A DNA stretch of 63,688 nucleotides, the filler included, from Octopus bimaculoides (lineage: Eukaryota): assembly GCF_001194135.2 (NCBI RefSeq). It is 6 parts of 6 records of this genome, joined end to end, with 100 filler letters (N's around TTAATTAATTAA, not from the genome) between each part and the next. Parts side by side here need not be neighbours in the genome. Positions count along the whole stretch, not along the records: positions 1 to 17,791 come from NC_068992.1; 5 more parts are not named here. One strand, written 5' to 3'. The number at the start of each line of letters is the position of its first letter. The first letter of the stretch is position 1. The notes below the pieces were generated by a model, which was not told the origin of the DNA, ran no database searches, and was given only the letters and a program-made list of their open reading frames with translations. Both the position numbers and the translations under genes were made by a program. Shown here piece after piece: positions 1-14,224 of this stretch.

Positions 1-32
<32 letters not shown>

Positions 33-1009
33 CAATAATAACAAAGATGGAGAAAATCATATTTTTGATTGATGATTACACCATACATTACCAATGATTG
101 TTTCTTTTATGTCATCATATTTATATACAGAAAAAGGTATATGCATTAATACATTTGGGATTTAAAAAGATAGGAACATTAACTATGATATAAAGTGGTC
201 CATACTGGTAATTTTAAATGTGATCTATGCTTTGATGAAATGTATTACATGATTACTTCTAAATTAGTATTATTAAATTTTAGAAATAATTTTTCATTAA
301 AATGTTCTCATAAATATAGAAAAGCTTATAAATCTTTCTACAGTAAATAATCTATTAATAAATGCTTTTTCTATAATCTAATGTGCATAAGTTTTCTTAA
401 AAACTATTTTTTAACAAATTTAATTGATAGATAACTAATGGTCGTGATGTAGAATTTCTGTATTTTTAATTGTTATGATGTAGAATTTCTGTTTATTTTT
501 TTATTCTTTATTTATCTAATGAAATTGTCTAAAGTTAAATGCTAAATTGGATTTTCTTAGAATATTGTGCTTTTCTTAATATTTTCTTTGTATGAGTTTG
601 TCTATTAGAGATATTTCCTTAGTTCACTTTCAATTTTGCCCATTTTGACTTGCCTTGACGATGTTGTTAGCATATATTTTTGGATATATTTATTAGACTG
701 GTATTTTATACCTTTTTCTGTATCTAAATATGCTGGTACAATAGAAATAATTGTTGGTAATGTATGGCGTAATGTCTCCATTCTTGTTCATGTTGTTAGT
801 TACTCTGGATTTTAAAAAAATTTTCTTAGCGATATTTGGATTTACTTGTCATACATGAAGAATTACATTGAACGTTAATTCTCCATGAATTTATTGGTGT
901 CTGATTGTTTGATAAAGTTAACTAAATTTGTTTATTACTGAGTGCTTTATAGATATCTGCATGGATTTATTAATTACTTTTGCTTCTTACACACACACAT
1001 ACACATATA

Positions 1010-1640
1010 TATCATCATCATCATCATCATCTTTTAACGTCTGTTGCCCATACTGGCATGGGTTGGACAGTTTGACCAGGGCTAGTAAGCTGAAGGGCTG
1101 CACCAGACTCCAGTCTGATTTAGCATGGTTTCTATGGCTGGATGCTCTTCTTAATGCCCACCACTCTGAGAGCGTAAGGGGTGCTTTTACATGTCAGCAT
1201 CATGGATGCCAGTTGCATGACACCAGTATTCACCACGACTATGATTTCACTTGGCTTGATATGTCTTCTTCTCAATCAAGGCACATTGCCTAAGGTCTTG
1301 GCCATTTGTTATTGCTTCTGTGAGGTCCGAGACTCGAAAGGTGCTTTTTACATGACACCAGAATGACACCACTGGCATCAGCCACATTGCCTCCATGAGG
1401 CCCAGCACTCAACAGTTGCTTTTTATATGCCACCAGTATGGCTGCTGGGTATGCAACACCAGCATCAACCACATTGTCTCCGTGAGTCCCAATGCTCAAA
1501 AAGTGCTTTTTATGTGCCACTAACATGAGTGCCAGTTATGTGACACTGGCATTGGCCACGACTATGATTTCACTTAACTTGACGGGTCTTCTCAAGCACA
1601 GCATATTGTCAGAAGTCTGTGAAGCTCAATGTTCAAAGAT
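1010..1640 (-). repeat. RTE 3'-UTR/tail repeat (SINE-like copy)
   Basis: (CAT)n-TTTAACGTC...CATGGGTTGGAC...GGATGC.CTTC.TAATGCC family signature. Confidence 0.8.
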
Positions 1641-2612
1641 CAGTATATATGTATATATAATCTAAGTTTGTATACGTATATAGTTGTGTGCAAATATATT
1701 TAAATTTGTATACATACATATTTGTGTGTGTGTGTGTGTGCAGAAATATTATATATATTTAATTCTATTTACATATGTACACACACACATACATACATAC
1801 ACGCACACACACACACACATGCACACATGCACATGCACACACACAAAGACACACACACATACACACACACGCACACACACACACACACACATATATGCAG
1901 TATCTCCGTTAATTTATATGAAGTTAAAATCTGAATGTTGACTTCTAAATTTGTGATTTAGTTATTTCTCCAAATCTTTTATAATTTACTATTCTTTACT
2001 GTTTATGCATGTAAACTTATGGAAATAAAACATCCCATATTTTCAATTGCCAATTTTCACAAACTTGCCAAACTAATTCATATTTTTTAGTAAGCCATTA
2101 AAATTTAACAATGTTTCTTTTAGATTTCTTGATATATCTCAAATAATTGTAACTATGGAAACGTAAATGTGCTGACGGTGAAAATTTTTTCCATAAGGAT
2201 TTCATTATCATTTCACCTGTCAGCAGTAAAATTTCTATTTCATGATGAAGATATTTGCTACTTGAGAAGAATTTCAGAATTATTGTGTGCTGTATTTTGT
2301 GATGCAATAACAATGTTGAACTGAATATTTTATGCTATCCTAGTTTGTCGAAGAAGCAAAATGTTTCAACTACATATCATGTGATAATTATAGTATCAGA
2401 CATTTATATTTCTAGGCTGTACAATATATTTTATATAACCATAGCTTACCCCATGTTTGTAAATAATAACCACTTGTTTAGGGAAAGCCTGGTAGTTTTC
2501 CCTCTTAGTAATTAATTATATCATTTCTTGATTACATATGAGTGGTAACACACACACACACACACAAACACTCACACACATACATACACGCACACAAACA
2601 CACACATATATA

Positions 2613-2761
2613 TTCTTTATTTGTGAATTAAGGCTGCCATTGGTTTCATGTTAAGAAAAGTAGGAAAATATCCTAGTGTCTTAACAATTTAAAAATACTA
2701 GAATATTTTCCTACTTTTCTCAACATGAAACCAATAGTAGTCTTAATTCACAAATAAAGAA
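2613..2761. mobile_element. 149-bp near-perfect hairpin; internally deleted member of the 41611 MITE family
   Basis: TTCTTTATTTGTGAATTAAG...GTAGGAAAATAT.CTAGT / ACTAGAATATTTTCCTAC...CTTAATTCACAAATAAAGAA. Confidence 0.85.
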
Positions 2762-2812
2762 ATTATTTATCCATCAAGGTGGTGTTGAGCACTCATTTCA
2801 TCATTCAACATT

Positions 2813-2880
<68 letters not shown>

Positions 2881-3210
2881 TATAGAGAGAAAAAAGTTGT
2901 CAGAATTTTGGAGAAACATCTTTGTATTTCTTCATTATTATCATTAGCGGTTTCGCTTGTTTCAAATAAAATTTTGTGAATATACAAACAGCTTGTTCAG
3001 TTATATAAAACAGATGTCTTTTGGGGGTTATGTTTAGAAGAAGAGAACATTGCTTTTGGTTTTTGGGGGTGAGGTTCCATTGACAATGGAGATGGATAGA
3101 TAGAAATATAGGTAGGTAGATAGTCTGATGGATAAATCACACCTAATACTCTATGCATACATACATACATACATACATACATACATACATACGTACATAC
3201 ACACATATAT

Positions 3211-3403
3211 ATCATCATCATCATCATCATCATCGTTTAACGTCCGCTTTCCATGCTAGCATGGGTTGGACGATTTGACTGAGGACTGGTGAAACCGGAT
3301 GGCAACACCAGGCTCCAGTCTGATTTGGCAGAGTTTCTACAGCTGGATGCCCTTCCTAACGCCAACCACTCAGAGAGTGTAGTGGGTGCTTTTACGTGTC
3401 ACC
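3211..3403 (-). repeat. Young RTE-tail copy
   Basis: Near-identical to the reverse complement of 5030-5213 and 10101-10248. Confidence 0.9.
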
Positions 3404-3903
3404 CATATATATATATANNNNNNNNNNNNNNNNNNNNNNNNNNNNNNNNNNNNNNNNNNNNNNNNNNNNNNNNNNNNNNNNNNNNNNNNNNNNNNNNNNN
3501 NNNNNNNNNNNNNNNNNNNNNNNNNNNNNNNNNNNNNNNNNNNNNNNNNNNNNNNNNNNNNNNNNNNNNNNNNNNNNNNNNNNNNNNNNNNNNNNNNNNN
3601 NNNNNNNNNNNNNNNNNNNNNNNNNNNNNNNNNNNNNNNNNNNNNNNNNNNNNNNNNNNNNNNNNNNNNNNNNNNNNNNNNNNNNNNNNNNNNNNNNNNN
3701 NNNNNNNNNNNNNNNNNNNNNNNNNNNNNNNNNNNNNNNNNNNNNNNNNNNNNNNNNNNNNNTCACCTAGTCTTGTAGGGTTATCAAAAAAGTTGATAAC
3801 CCTACAAGACTAGTTGAAAGCGCTAATTTATAAAACATGCAACATATGAATATAAATTTGTAAATGTACAACCATTCAGACATCTGAGTACCTGATTATT
3901 ATT

Positions 3904-3949
<46 letters not shown>

Positions 3950-4284
3950 CGTCTGTGTGTGTATGTATGTATGTATGTACATATATTCCACTCATACTAT
4001 ATATAATGCCATGCCACCTCTCAGTTGAAAGATCTGTATCATTTCCCCTCTCCTTTCTCCCCCTCTCTGGTGAGGGATCTTGGCCTTGGAAGTTACATTG
4101 TGACTTTACCAGTGCTGATGTCATGTAATCAGCATCCAGTTCACTCTGTAAAGTGATTGGTGTTAGGAAGGGCAACCAGCTCCTGTAAAACTGTCTAATC
4201 CATGCCAGAACGGAAGATGGACATTAAATGATGATGATAATAGTGATGCATATACTTATGTCTATCTATCTATCTATCTATCTA

Positions 4285-4321
<37 letters not shown>

Positions 4322-4346
4322 GTCTCTCTGTCTGTCTGTCTCTTTC

Positions 4347-4395
<49 letters not shown>

Positions 4396-4981
4396 CTGCA
4401 AACAAACAGGAAACAACTTCTATCTCATTCCAGGGTGAAAAACTAGAGGTAGTCGATAGCTTCNNNNNNNNNNNNNNNNNNNNNNNNNNNNNNNNNNNNN
4501 NNNNNNNNNNNNNNNNNNNNNNNNNNNNNNNNNNNNNNNNNNNNNNNNNNNNNNNNNNNNNNNNNNNNNNNNNNNNNNNNNNNNNNNNNNNNNNNNNNNN
4601 NNNNNNNNNNNNNNNNNNNNNNNNNNNNNNNNNNNNNNNNNNNNNNNNNNNNNNNNNNNNNNNNNNNNNNNNNNNNNNNNNNNNNNNNNNNNNNNNNNNN
4701 NNNNNNNNNNNNNNNNNNNNNNNNNNNNNNNNNNNNNNNNNNNNNNNNNNNNNNNNNNNNNNNNNNNNNNNNNNNNNNNNNNNNNNNNNNNNNNNNNNNN
4801 NNNNNNNNNNNNNNNNNNNNNNNNNNNNNNNNNNNNNNNNNNNNNNNNNNNNNNNNNNNNNNNNNNNNNNNNNNNNNNNNNNNNNNNNNNNNNNNNNNNN
4901 NNNNNNNNNNNNNNNNNNNNNNNNNNNNNNNNNNNNNNNNNNNNNNNNNNNNNNNNNNNNNNNNNNNNNNNNNNNNNNNNN

Positions 4982-5213
4982 GGCACATAAAAGACACCAT
5001 TTCGAGCGTGGCCGTTTTCGTGCGGGGGACACGTAAAAGCACCCACTACACTCTCTGAGTGGTTGGCGTTAGGAAGGGCATCCAGCTGTAGAAACTCTGC
5101 CAAATCAGACTGGAGCCTGGTGTTGCCATCCGGTTTCACCAGTCCTCAGTCAAATCGTCCAACCCATGCTAGCATGGAAAGCGGACGTTAAACGATGATG
5201 ATGATGATGATGA
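4982..5213 (+). repeat. Young RTE-tail copy
   Basis: ...GGAAAGCGGACGTTAAACGATGATG tail running into (TA)n. Confidence 0.9.
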
Positions 5214-7449
5214 TATATATATGTATGTATCTTTTTAGGCATTGTGATGCTAATAACCTAGTGTAGCTCTCAATACACATATGTTTCAGAACGAAGCATT
5301 AGTCAAGTACAGAGTGGCAGTAAGAAACTGAGATGACAAACAACTAAACAATTATGAAATTCATTAGCTTACAGCAGTTTCTGCTATAAGCTGGATTCAC
5401 TTATGAGTCCACTGCTTCAACCTCTTTGTTTTAACCTCTAGATAAGATTTGTTAATGAGGTGCAGTGACTCTTATTTTCATCAGAAAAAGATGCAACATG
5501 ATTTCTCAGATGTTTTTTTTTTTCATTTTGTCCATTGTTGAAGTGATGTACACATATTTTTGTGCTCCTGTTTGTATTTCACATTCATAAATAACATTCT
5601 GCTTTATGCAGTTTTTCTGAATTTAATACACTCTTACATCTACATTTGCATCGTATTGAGTCATTTTTTGTATTTCAGTCCCCTTTTTCTGCACATTTAT
5701 TTTTGCTGTTAAAATGCATGTTTTGGATGCTACCTGAGTCATTTTTGTTGATTGCTCCTCATCCCTATTCAGTTCATTTTATGTTTCTGTCTACCCTGGT
5801 TTCTGATTTTTCCATCTACGAAATACTAGCACCTTCATTTTTGTTCTGCTTTCCATAGTAGTTATCGTTCATCTCTCTATTTATTTTCACCCAATTTACT
5901 ATATTTTCACCTGTGCTTTCATTTCCATATTCCAGTTTTATTTCATTCAGTTTTTTTGTTATTTAGTTTATGCATATAATATTCTAGGTTATGTGCGGTT
6001 GTGTATGCTAATTTTACCTTGTGTCTGTTAAAAATCTTGTAGTACCTACTTGACCAAGGAAAATGTCTATCTAATGCAGCAAAGAATGGAAGAAACCCTT
6101 CTGAAAAAACACCAAATAATCCAGGATAATATCTGAAACAACTACTTGGACAGGCTTGTGAACATGAGCAAGCAAAAAAGATCTGTAATATAGAATAATG
6201 TTATTACAAGTGTATATGAACATAATAGATTGTAATATATTATCTGAAATATATTTTGAACAAAAGAAATGATAGAGTTGAGTTGATGAGAATAATGAAA
6301 AGAGGGATTGTCAGTAAATAGAATACAAGAACTCTGAATAGATAGTACACCTCTTTAGGAAGATAGTGCCTAGCAGCACTGCAGGAGACAGTAAAGCATA
6401 ATTAATTACACTGCTCTTAATGTGAACTTTGTCCTCTCTGGCATCTTCGTAAATTGTTCTGAAACTGATAATGTCAAAATGAACATTTGTCTTTTATTAT
6501 TTACATGTCCGTCTAATCATTAGGGAAACACATGGGATGAGGAGGGGTTCTGAATCCCTCAGTCAAATCAAATATATTTTTTTCATGATCTTTTCTTTCT
6601 TCTTTCTTCCTTTTGGCCTTTTGTGATGAACTATAAGCAACATCCAATGTCATTCTCTTTTCTTTTCCTTTTCTCATTTGTCTCTCTGTCTCTCTCTTTA
6701 ATAAGTTGTGATGTTTCACAAGCACCACCCAAAAATCTAATGGAGCTTTCTGATTGGTGTAAATGGTAAAAGTCTTTGAATGTAAACATCAGTCGAACAA
6801 AAAAAACATTAATGTCAAATACCTGATGATGCATATGCATGGAATAGTGACACACACAAGATCCATAGATATCATAAATAATATTTACTAAGATCCTATG
6901 GTTATAAGAATATCCACACAAATGAAGACATGTCGCAATACATTAATAAAGTATAAAAATTTCTATCCACAAGTTATTTTCATTATTACTATGTATATAT
7001 GTAGGTATGTACTTACATATGTATGTGAAAGACAAAAATAATCAGCCACATTGTTAAAACATTAAAGACTGCAACATCTACATTGGGAACAATAAGTGAC
7101 AACAGTGAGAAAATTAAACCAAGTACTCCAAAGGTTACTCTGCTAACTGATGGGAACTTTTTTTCCATTGATCTAATGTGATACTTAAAATAGAACAGGT
7201 TTAGTAGCTGAAAAAATGATTACTGCAGAGGCTTACACAAGTATAAAATATTGATGAAATTGCTCTTCTCAATCAGAAAAATGACATAAGGAATTTGGGA
7301 GGGCTTCTGCCCTTCAAACTCCTTACTTCATTTCCCACAAAGTTTATGCTTTTTTCCACGGTAATACTTTCTGTGTATATATATATAAATGGAAATGTTT
7401 CCCCCTAACTGTAAGCATGACAATTTTTATTCCCTTGTCATTGTCACCA

Positions 7450-8695
7450 TCGACATCATCGTCATCATCAACATCATCATCATTTAACATCTGTTTTCCA
7501 TGCTAGCATGGGTTGGACGGTTTGACCGGTAACTGGTAAGCTGGGGAGCTGCACTAGGTTCCAGTCTGATTTCGCATGGTTTCTACGGCTGGATGTTCCA
7601 TACTCCAAGTGTGTAGTGGGTGCTTTTTACATGCTACTGGCATGGGTGCCAGTTACGCTACACTGGCTTTGGCCCTGACTATGATTTCACTTGGCTTGAT
7701 TGGTCTTCTCAAGCATGGCATATCACCAAAGGTTTTGGTCTCTTGTCATTGCCTCCATGACACCCAACATTCAAAGATCACGTTTCACCACTTTGTTCCA
7801 TGTCTTCCTGGGTCTATTTCTTCCGCAGGTTCCCTCCGCCATTAAAGCTCAGCACTTCTTCACACAGCTGTCCTTGTCCATATGCATTACATGACCATAC
7901 CAGTGCAGTCGTCTCTCTTGCAAACCACATCTGATGCCTCTTCATTTCTAGCAAGCCTATGCATGTCCTCAGCAGTCACAGCTCATGTTTCACTGCCATG
8001 TAGCATCGCTGTTCGGACACCAGCATCATACAATCTTCCTTTCCCTCTGAGAGAGAGGCACTATGTTACCAATAGATGTTGGAGCTCTCTGAACTTTGCT
8101 CAGCCTATTCTTACTCTAGCAACTTATGCTTTTGGAGCATTCACTCTTGCTACTGACTTGGTCACCTAGGTAACAGATGCTATCAACTACTTCTAGTTTT
8201 CTCTCCTGGCAATTGATGGAGTCTGTTTTCTGTACATTTGTAGTGTTTATTGTTCCTGTGCACCTTCCACACACAAAAACAAGTTTCTCTGTTAACCTTC
8301 CTCTGATATTGCTGCACCTCTTACGTGTCCATAGCTTACACTGGGTACATTTTATAGAATTTCTACCTATGTCTTTTCTACAGATCAAGCACGGCCATCT
8401 ACCTGAAGGGAGTTGTGATTTTTCTGCTCTCTTACTTACCAACACTTTGGTTTTTGCTAGATTAACTCTAAGGCCCTTTGATTCTAGACCTTGCTTCAAC
8501 ATCAGTAATTTCTTTTCTAATTCTGGTAGTGATTTGGCTATAAGAACAAGGTCACCAGCACAGAGGAGCTCCCATAGGCAGCCCATTTTAAATTTCTCTG
8601 TTATTGCCAGGAAGACTATGATGAACAGTAAGGGGCTGAGGACTGTTCCTTGATGAACCCCTAAATTCATCACTGTACTCATTGCTAACCTCTAC
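7450..8695 (-). mobile_element. RTE-clade LINE, 5'-truncated (RT C-terminus, 3' UTR, (GAT)n tail)
   Basis: GVHQGTVLSPLLFIIV, WELLCAGDLVLIA, GLRVNLAKTK, KLEVVDSICYLG. Confidence 0.9.
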
Positions 8696-9189
8696 CTTAC
8701 TGACAGAATTAATTTGTTATTATTGCTCTGTACTCAACTGACACATTTTTCTGAAGCATATTCATATTGAGTCATTAGTGTGGTTATGCCTAATCAAAAG
8801 GAAATTTTACTCTACAACAAACCAACAACCAACGTACTAATGACTTCATTAGAAGAATGAAATAGCACAAATATCACTTTGATAACAGGAAGTTAGACAT
8901 CAACAAAATATCTTCAATTCCTAAGCAAACTCTCCACGCAACCCCTTACTTGATAACTTTGAAAAGGCACTACTATAGATGGTCAGGAATATAAAATTTA
9001 AGAATTATACTTTTGAATTACAGATAGAAATTTCAGCTCAAATATCTGATACAAGAAACTCACATGTTCACTATGATAAAACTGGAAATCTTTACCATCT
9101 TAATACCATTCCGTCTTAAAAGAAATACAAAAACAAAAAAGGAAAACTACTAAGGAAGAACTAAAGAAAATAAATAAAAATGTTTGTCA

Positions 9190-9700
9190 AATATTTAGAA
9201 ATCTTACCATTTTCAACCCAATGGTTCTGGTTCTAGTTAAAAAATCACTGACCTCCTTGGATGCTACCTAGAGTGCAATGTTAAGACCTAATTTCCCTAT
9301 ATTGGAGGATTCTACAAGGACGACTGCATTATTATTGTGGAAGGTTATAATTCATCATAGTTGGAACATACCCATAAAAACTTTAGAAGATTATTTAAGA
9401 ATTATGATGCTTTGCTCACTTTTGAAACTAATACCAAAATTGTCAACTTCCTAGGTGTAACTTTAGAAATTCCATCAGGTTTACATTACCCTTACCATAA
9501 GCCCTGGGAAAATGTGAACTGTGTCCACTCAAAACCCAATAATCCTAGATCAATGATCAAACGAACAGTGAAAACTGTGTCTATTTGGGTCTGTAAGTTA
9601 TCTTCAAATAATCAAATTTTTGACAACATAGTGGGCTATTGCAACGAGGCTCGCAACAGAAGAGATAACTTATATATCATACTAAAGGCTTCTAAATAAC
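9190..9700 (+). mobile_element. Penelope-like RT fragment
   Basis: GFYKDDCIII followed by ORF 9361-9699 IVNFLGVTLEIPSGLHYPYHKP...HSKPNNPRSMIK...KLSSN. Confidence 0.75.
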
Positions 9701-10066
9701 ACTAGGATTCCACATTGTGAAAGTGTGGACAAACCGACAAGTAAATTTTTTGCATCTAAAGGCACAAAACCATCTCAAAGGAATTTAGCTTTAAATTCTC
9801 AAGATCTCAGTCTTCTACAAATTCTATTAGTAATAACATTACCTACACTTCAAATTTAACCACATTGCCAACATGCTACCCAAATGCACACTAGTTATCT
9901 CTATTCTATTTTCTACTTTTTTGTTGCATCCAAACACCACTCAGAGAGAATATTCTTTGAATCCACATTACAACTTCAGCTGCAAGTTTCTTGTTTTATT
10001 CTTTCCTTCGCTTAATTAAGAATATTATCACTTCTGCCAGCAAACTCACTTTGCTCAGCAGTGTAT

Positions 10067-10100
<34 letters not shown>

Positions 10101-10253
10101 GAGTGGTTGGCGTTAGGAAGGGCATCCAGCTGTAGAAACTCTGCCAAATCAGACTGGAGCCTGGTGTTGCCATCCGGTTTCACCAGTCCTCAGTCAAATC
10201 GTCCAACCCATGCTAGCATGGAAAGCGGACGTTAAACGATGATGATGATATAT

Positions 10254-10286
<33 letters not shown>

Positions 10287-10315
10287 GTTTAACGTCCGCC
10301 TTCCATGCTAACATG
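10101..10315. repeat. Two young RTE-tail copies, tail to tail
   Basis: Plus copy 10101-10248, then a minus copy starting at (CAT)n about 10254 and running into the gap. Confidence 0.85.
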
Positions 10316-11296
10316 NNNNNNNNNNNNNNNNNNNNNNNNNNNNNNNNNNNNNNNNNNNNNNNNNNNNNNNNNNNNNNNNNNNNNNNNNNNNNNNNNNNNN
10401 NNNNNNNNNNNNNNNNNNNNNNNNNNNNNNNNNNNNNNNNNNNNNNNNNNNNNNNNNNNNNNNNNNNNNNNNNNNNNNNNNNNNNNNNNNNNNNNNNNNN
10501 NNNNNNNNNNNNNNNNNNNNNNNNNNNNNNNNNNNNNNNNNNNNNNNNNNNNNNNNNNNNNNNNNNNNNNNNNNNNNNNNNNNNNNNNNNNNNNNNNNNN
10601 NNNNNNNNNNNNNNNNNNNNNNNNNNNNNNNNNNNNNNNNNNNNNNNNNNNNNNNNNNNNNNNNNNNNNNNNNNNNNNNNNNNNNNNNNNNNNNNNNNNN
10701 NNNNNNNNNNNNNNNNNNNNNNNNNNNNNNNNNNNNNNNNNNNNNNNNNNNNNNNNNNNNNNNNNNNNNNNNNNNNNNNNNNNNNNNNNNNNNNNNNNNN
10801 NNNNNNNNNNNNNNNNNNNNNNNNNNNNNNNNNNNNNNNNNNNNNNNNNNNNNNNNNNNNNNNNNNNNNNNNNNNNNNNNNNNNNNNNNNNNNNNNNNNN
10901 NNNNNNNNNNNNNNNNNNNNNNNNNNNNNNNNNNNNNNNNNNNNNNNNNNNNNNNNNNNNNNNNNNNNNNNNNNNNNNNNNNNNNNNNNNNNNNNNNNNN
11001 NNNNNNNNNNNNNNNNNNNNNNNNNNNNNNNNNNNNNNNNNNNNNNNNNNNNNNNNNNNTTAATAACATTACCTACACTTCAAATTTAACCACATTGCCA
11101 ACATGCTACCCAAATGCACACTAGTTATCTCTATTCTATTTTCTACTTTTTTGTTGCATCCAAACACCACTCAGAGAGAATATTCTTTGAATCCACATTA
11201 CAACTTCAGCTGCAAGTTTCTTGTTTTATTCTTTCCTTCGCTTAATTAAGAATATTATCACTTCTGCCAGCAAACTCACTTTGCTCAGCAGTGTAT

Positions 11297-11332
<36 letters not shown>

Positions 11333-11764
11333 GAGCACATACTTCATATAAACACATATATTCATGCACACACACACACACACATACATGTATGCTATAT
11401 TATACATATATTATTTAATTTCATATATATTATTGTATTAAACTCTCAGAATTTCTCATATTTTGAAGTTAAAGAACACTTTTGGCAAAATACTACTTTA
11501 ATTTCTGTTTGGAGAATATAAATTTTTTCATTGCACTTCAGTGATCAGAAATATTTAATTGCTTCACTATAATTTATCTGTCTTTGTATTTCATACTGTA
11601 ATTTATCCTCTTACCTACTATAGTCTTTCTCATATATCTATGGAAACATAAAGTCTTTAACTCGGCATTTTGTCGATAGTTTCCAAGTGCTACAAATTCC
11701 TATTGATTAATCTTTAACTGCTGGAATGTTTTCAACTCGAAATTGCAATAAAATAATGATAGTG

Positions 11765-12060
11765 TATGTATTTTATTGACTTTTGGAGGAGGAAAGGCAA
11801 GGTTGACCTCGGCTGCATTTGAAACCAAAATGTAAAGTCAGAAGAAATACTGCTAAGCATTATGTTTAGCATGCTAACGATTCTATCAGTTTGGTGCCTC
11901 ACTCAATTCAAATAGATTTTTTTCTATTATAGATACAAGGCCTAAAATTTTGTGGGAGGGGGCTAGTCAATCATATCAATCCCAGTGCTTAAAATGTATT
12001 TATTTTATTGGTTTTCAAAGGATGAAATGCGAAGTCGCCCAAGACAAAATTCTGAACATA
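11765..12060 (+). repeat. Two decayed copies of the same SINE
   Basis: AAAGGCAAGGTTGACCTC and GGGGCTAGTCAATCATATCAATCCCAGT segments. Confidence 0.7.
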
Positions 12061-14224
12061 AAGATGAATGAAAGGTTGTTACTATATTCTAATAGTAATG
12101 CATATTAGAATACCCACTTAACAACAGCGACATACTGTTATCTTCAGATGTAATGCCAAAAAGGATTTTAAAAAAACATGCATATATTTGAAGAAAAAGC
12201 TAACCAGGAAGACAGAAGCAATAAGCAAATATTAGAACTGATCAGTCAATCAATATGGATAATGAAAGCACATCTTTATGCTAGGTTTGAGATAGAATAT
12301 CCGGAAAGTAATGTTCAAAATCTATCACCCTTTCAAGAAAATCTTTACAGAAAATTAAACCTGTAACTTTAACATATTAAATAACCTAAATTACTTAGTA
12401 GCTACTGTCATTATAAGAGAAACTCAATCCAGATCTAAAAGCCCATAAAATATTGAATAAATTGTAAGTTGCAAGTCAAGAGAAACAAAGTTCAACTCGA
12501 AATGAAAAACGAAATTTTATATTAAAAAGAAGATGAAACAAATATTGCAAAAGTATTCAAAAAGAGGAAGAAATCCAAGAAAAACACTAACAACACAAAA
12601 AACACTAACAACAAACAACAGCTTCTAGTAAAGACATAGCATGAAAAAATGCAAAAGACTGCTTTACAACTTATATTTATTTCAGCTGCATGATTGTTGA
12701 TAGTCATGAATCATGCAACAGAAATAAATATAACTTCCTTGCTATTTCTATGCATACTTTGAGGTTCCCTTTTGATTCATAAATAACATTGTAAATTTCT
12801 GAGATTATATCAATCATGTTATGTCAAACTGAAAAACTTTAATAACACTGCAAGATAAAATGATAATAAAAACAGGCCTTAGTTCTATAAAAGAAGTCAT
12901 TTCTTAAGAAAATATTACACTGCATTTTTTTTCTAACAGGATTGTTGAATCAACTCAACAATGGTTACAACACACTATAAACCATCTCCTCTATATGGTT
13001 GATTTGAAATATACAAAAGACAAGACACTGCTAGAGAATTTACTAAACACTATTCATAAATTCAACATTGATGGTGAATATTCTGATAGCTACTCTAAGA
13101 TGGGGCAAATTAATTAAAACAAAATATTAGGTTAAACTGTGAAATCAAAGACCCCATTATGCAAATTCTTCAGAATAGATGAAACTGATAAAATATAGCA
13201 TGCATTAATTAAAGAAATATTTACAAAAGAGTCTTTACTCTTTAATTGATTTTATTGAACTGCTACCATGCTGGAGCACTATCATTAAAAATTTTAGTTG
13301 ATAATGTAAATAAGTATTAAAAACCAGACTAAATGCTGGAAATACAATTAATGATATTCATATGTCAAGTGTACAGGATGATGAGGCTGAAACTTATTCA
13401 GTATATCAAAGCATTTAAGTAACTTAAGTGCACATAACATATTCAATTCAATCCTTTGCAAGATTAAACCTCATCCCCCAGCTGCCAGTGGTACTTGTTT
13501 TTCAAGTAAGTGAACTGGAACAATGTGAAATGAAGTACTTTGTAAAAGCATCTTCACAATTAAAGATTTAGATACAACAGTAAACTAAACATAAATTACT
13601 GTATAAATGTAATACATTAAAAGTTAACTGAATAGTTTAAACAGACAAGACATTCAAGCAAATGGCATGGTTGCATTATGTCTACATTGTGGTAGACATT
13701 AATACAAATAGTGAATATTATAAAACAAGTGTTGTGAATCTTTAAAGTACTTAAAATAATTAACCCAATAAGTGGTCATTGGAAAACAAACTTTCTCCCT
13801 GTAAGGTATATAATAAAAGTGAAGTACATGAAGAGAAGATATTTCAATACAAGTAAAAAATAGAGAATATAAATTGAAATATAACTAAATACAAAAACGA
13901 AGTAAAATTGAACTCAATGGTTAGTGTCATAAAAAAAAAAGCACTAGATAGAAAGAATATGAACTGATATGCAAGTGGAAAAGAGCTCTGGACTGAAAGC
14001 AACAAGCATTCTGATTTTCGACGAGTTTAGCATCATTGCAACCAATGTAATTTACAAAAAACACTTTCCATCTGCTCAGTTTTTATTGGTATGGGTAAAC
14101 TGCTATATTCATTAGACAATATGTAGAGAAATATGAACATAAACAGTTAAAAATACACACTAAATCTGGTTATCATACTGTGTCATACTTGTCTAATTTG
14201 ACAAATGGATAAAGTGAACCAATG

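Noticed and set aside
660-2340. Faint L1-like RT phrases on the minus strand
   Set aside because: Too degenerate to support by eye
6018-6182. 165-nt minus-strand AG/GT-bounded open segment as the next SLC4 exon
   Set aside because: Peptide has no SLC4 or Cys-loop similarity, and its open frame is phase 0, incompatible with the phase-2 end at 18900
10305-11089. Long ORFs running through N tracts (also 3289, 4346, 15112, 32667, 45897, 58098)
   Set aside because: Open only because N codons are not stops
9831-11310. 250-bp exact duplication (9831-10080 and 11061-11310) as a tandem duplication or target-site repeat
   Set aside because: The copies flank an N gap and are identical; most likely an unmerged contig overlap
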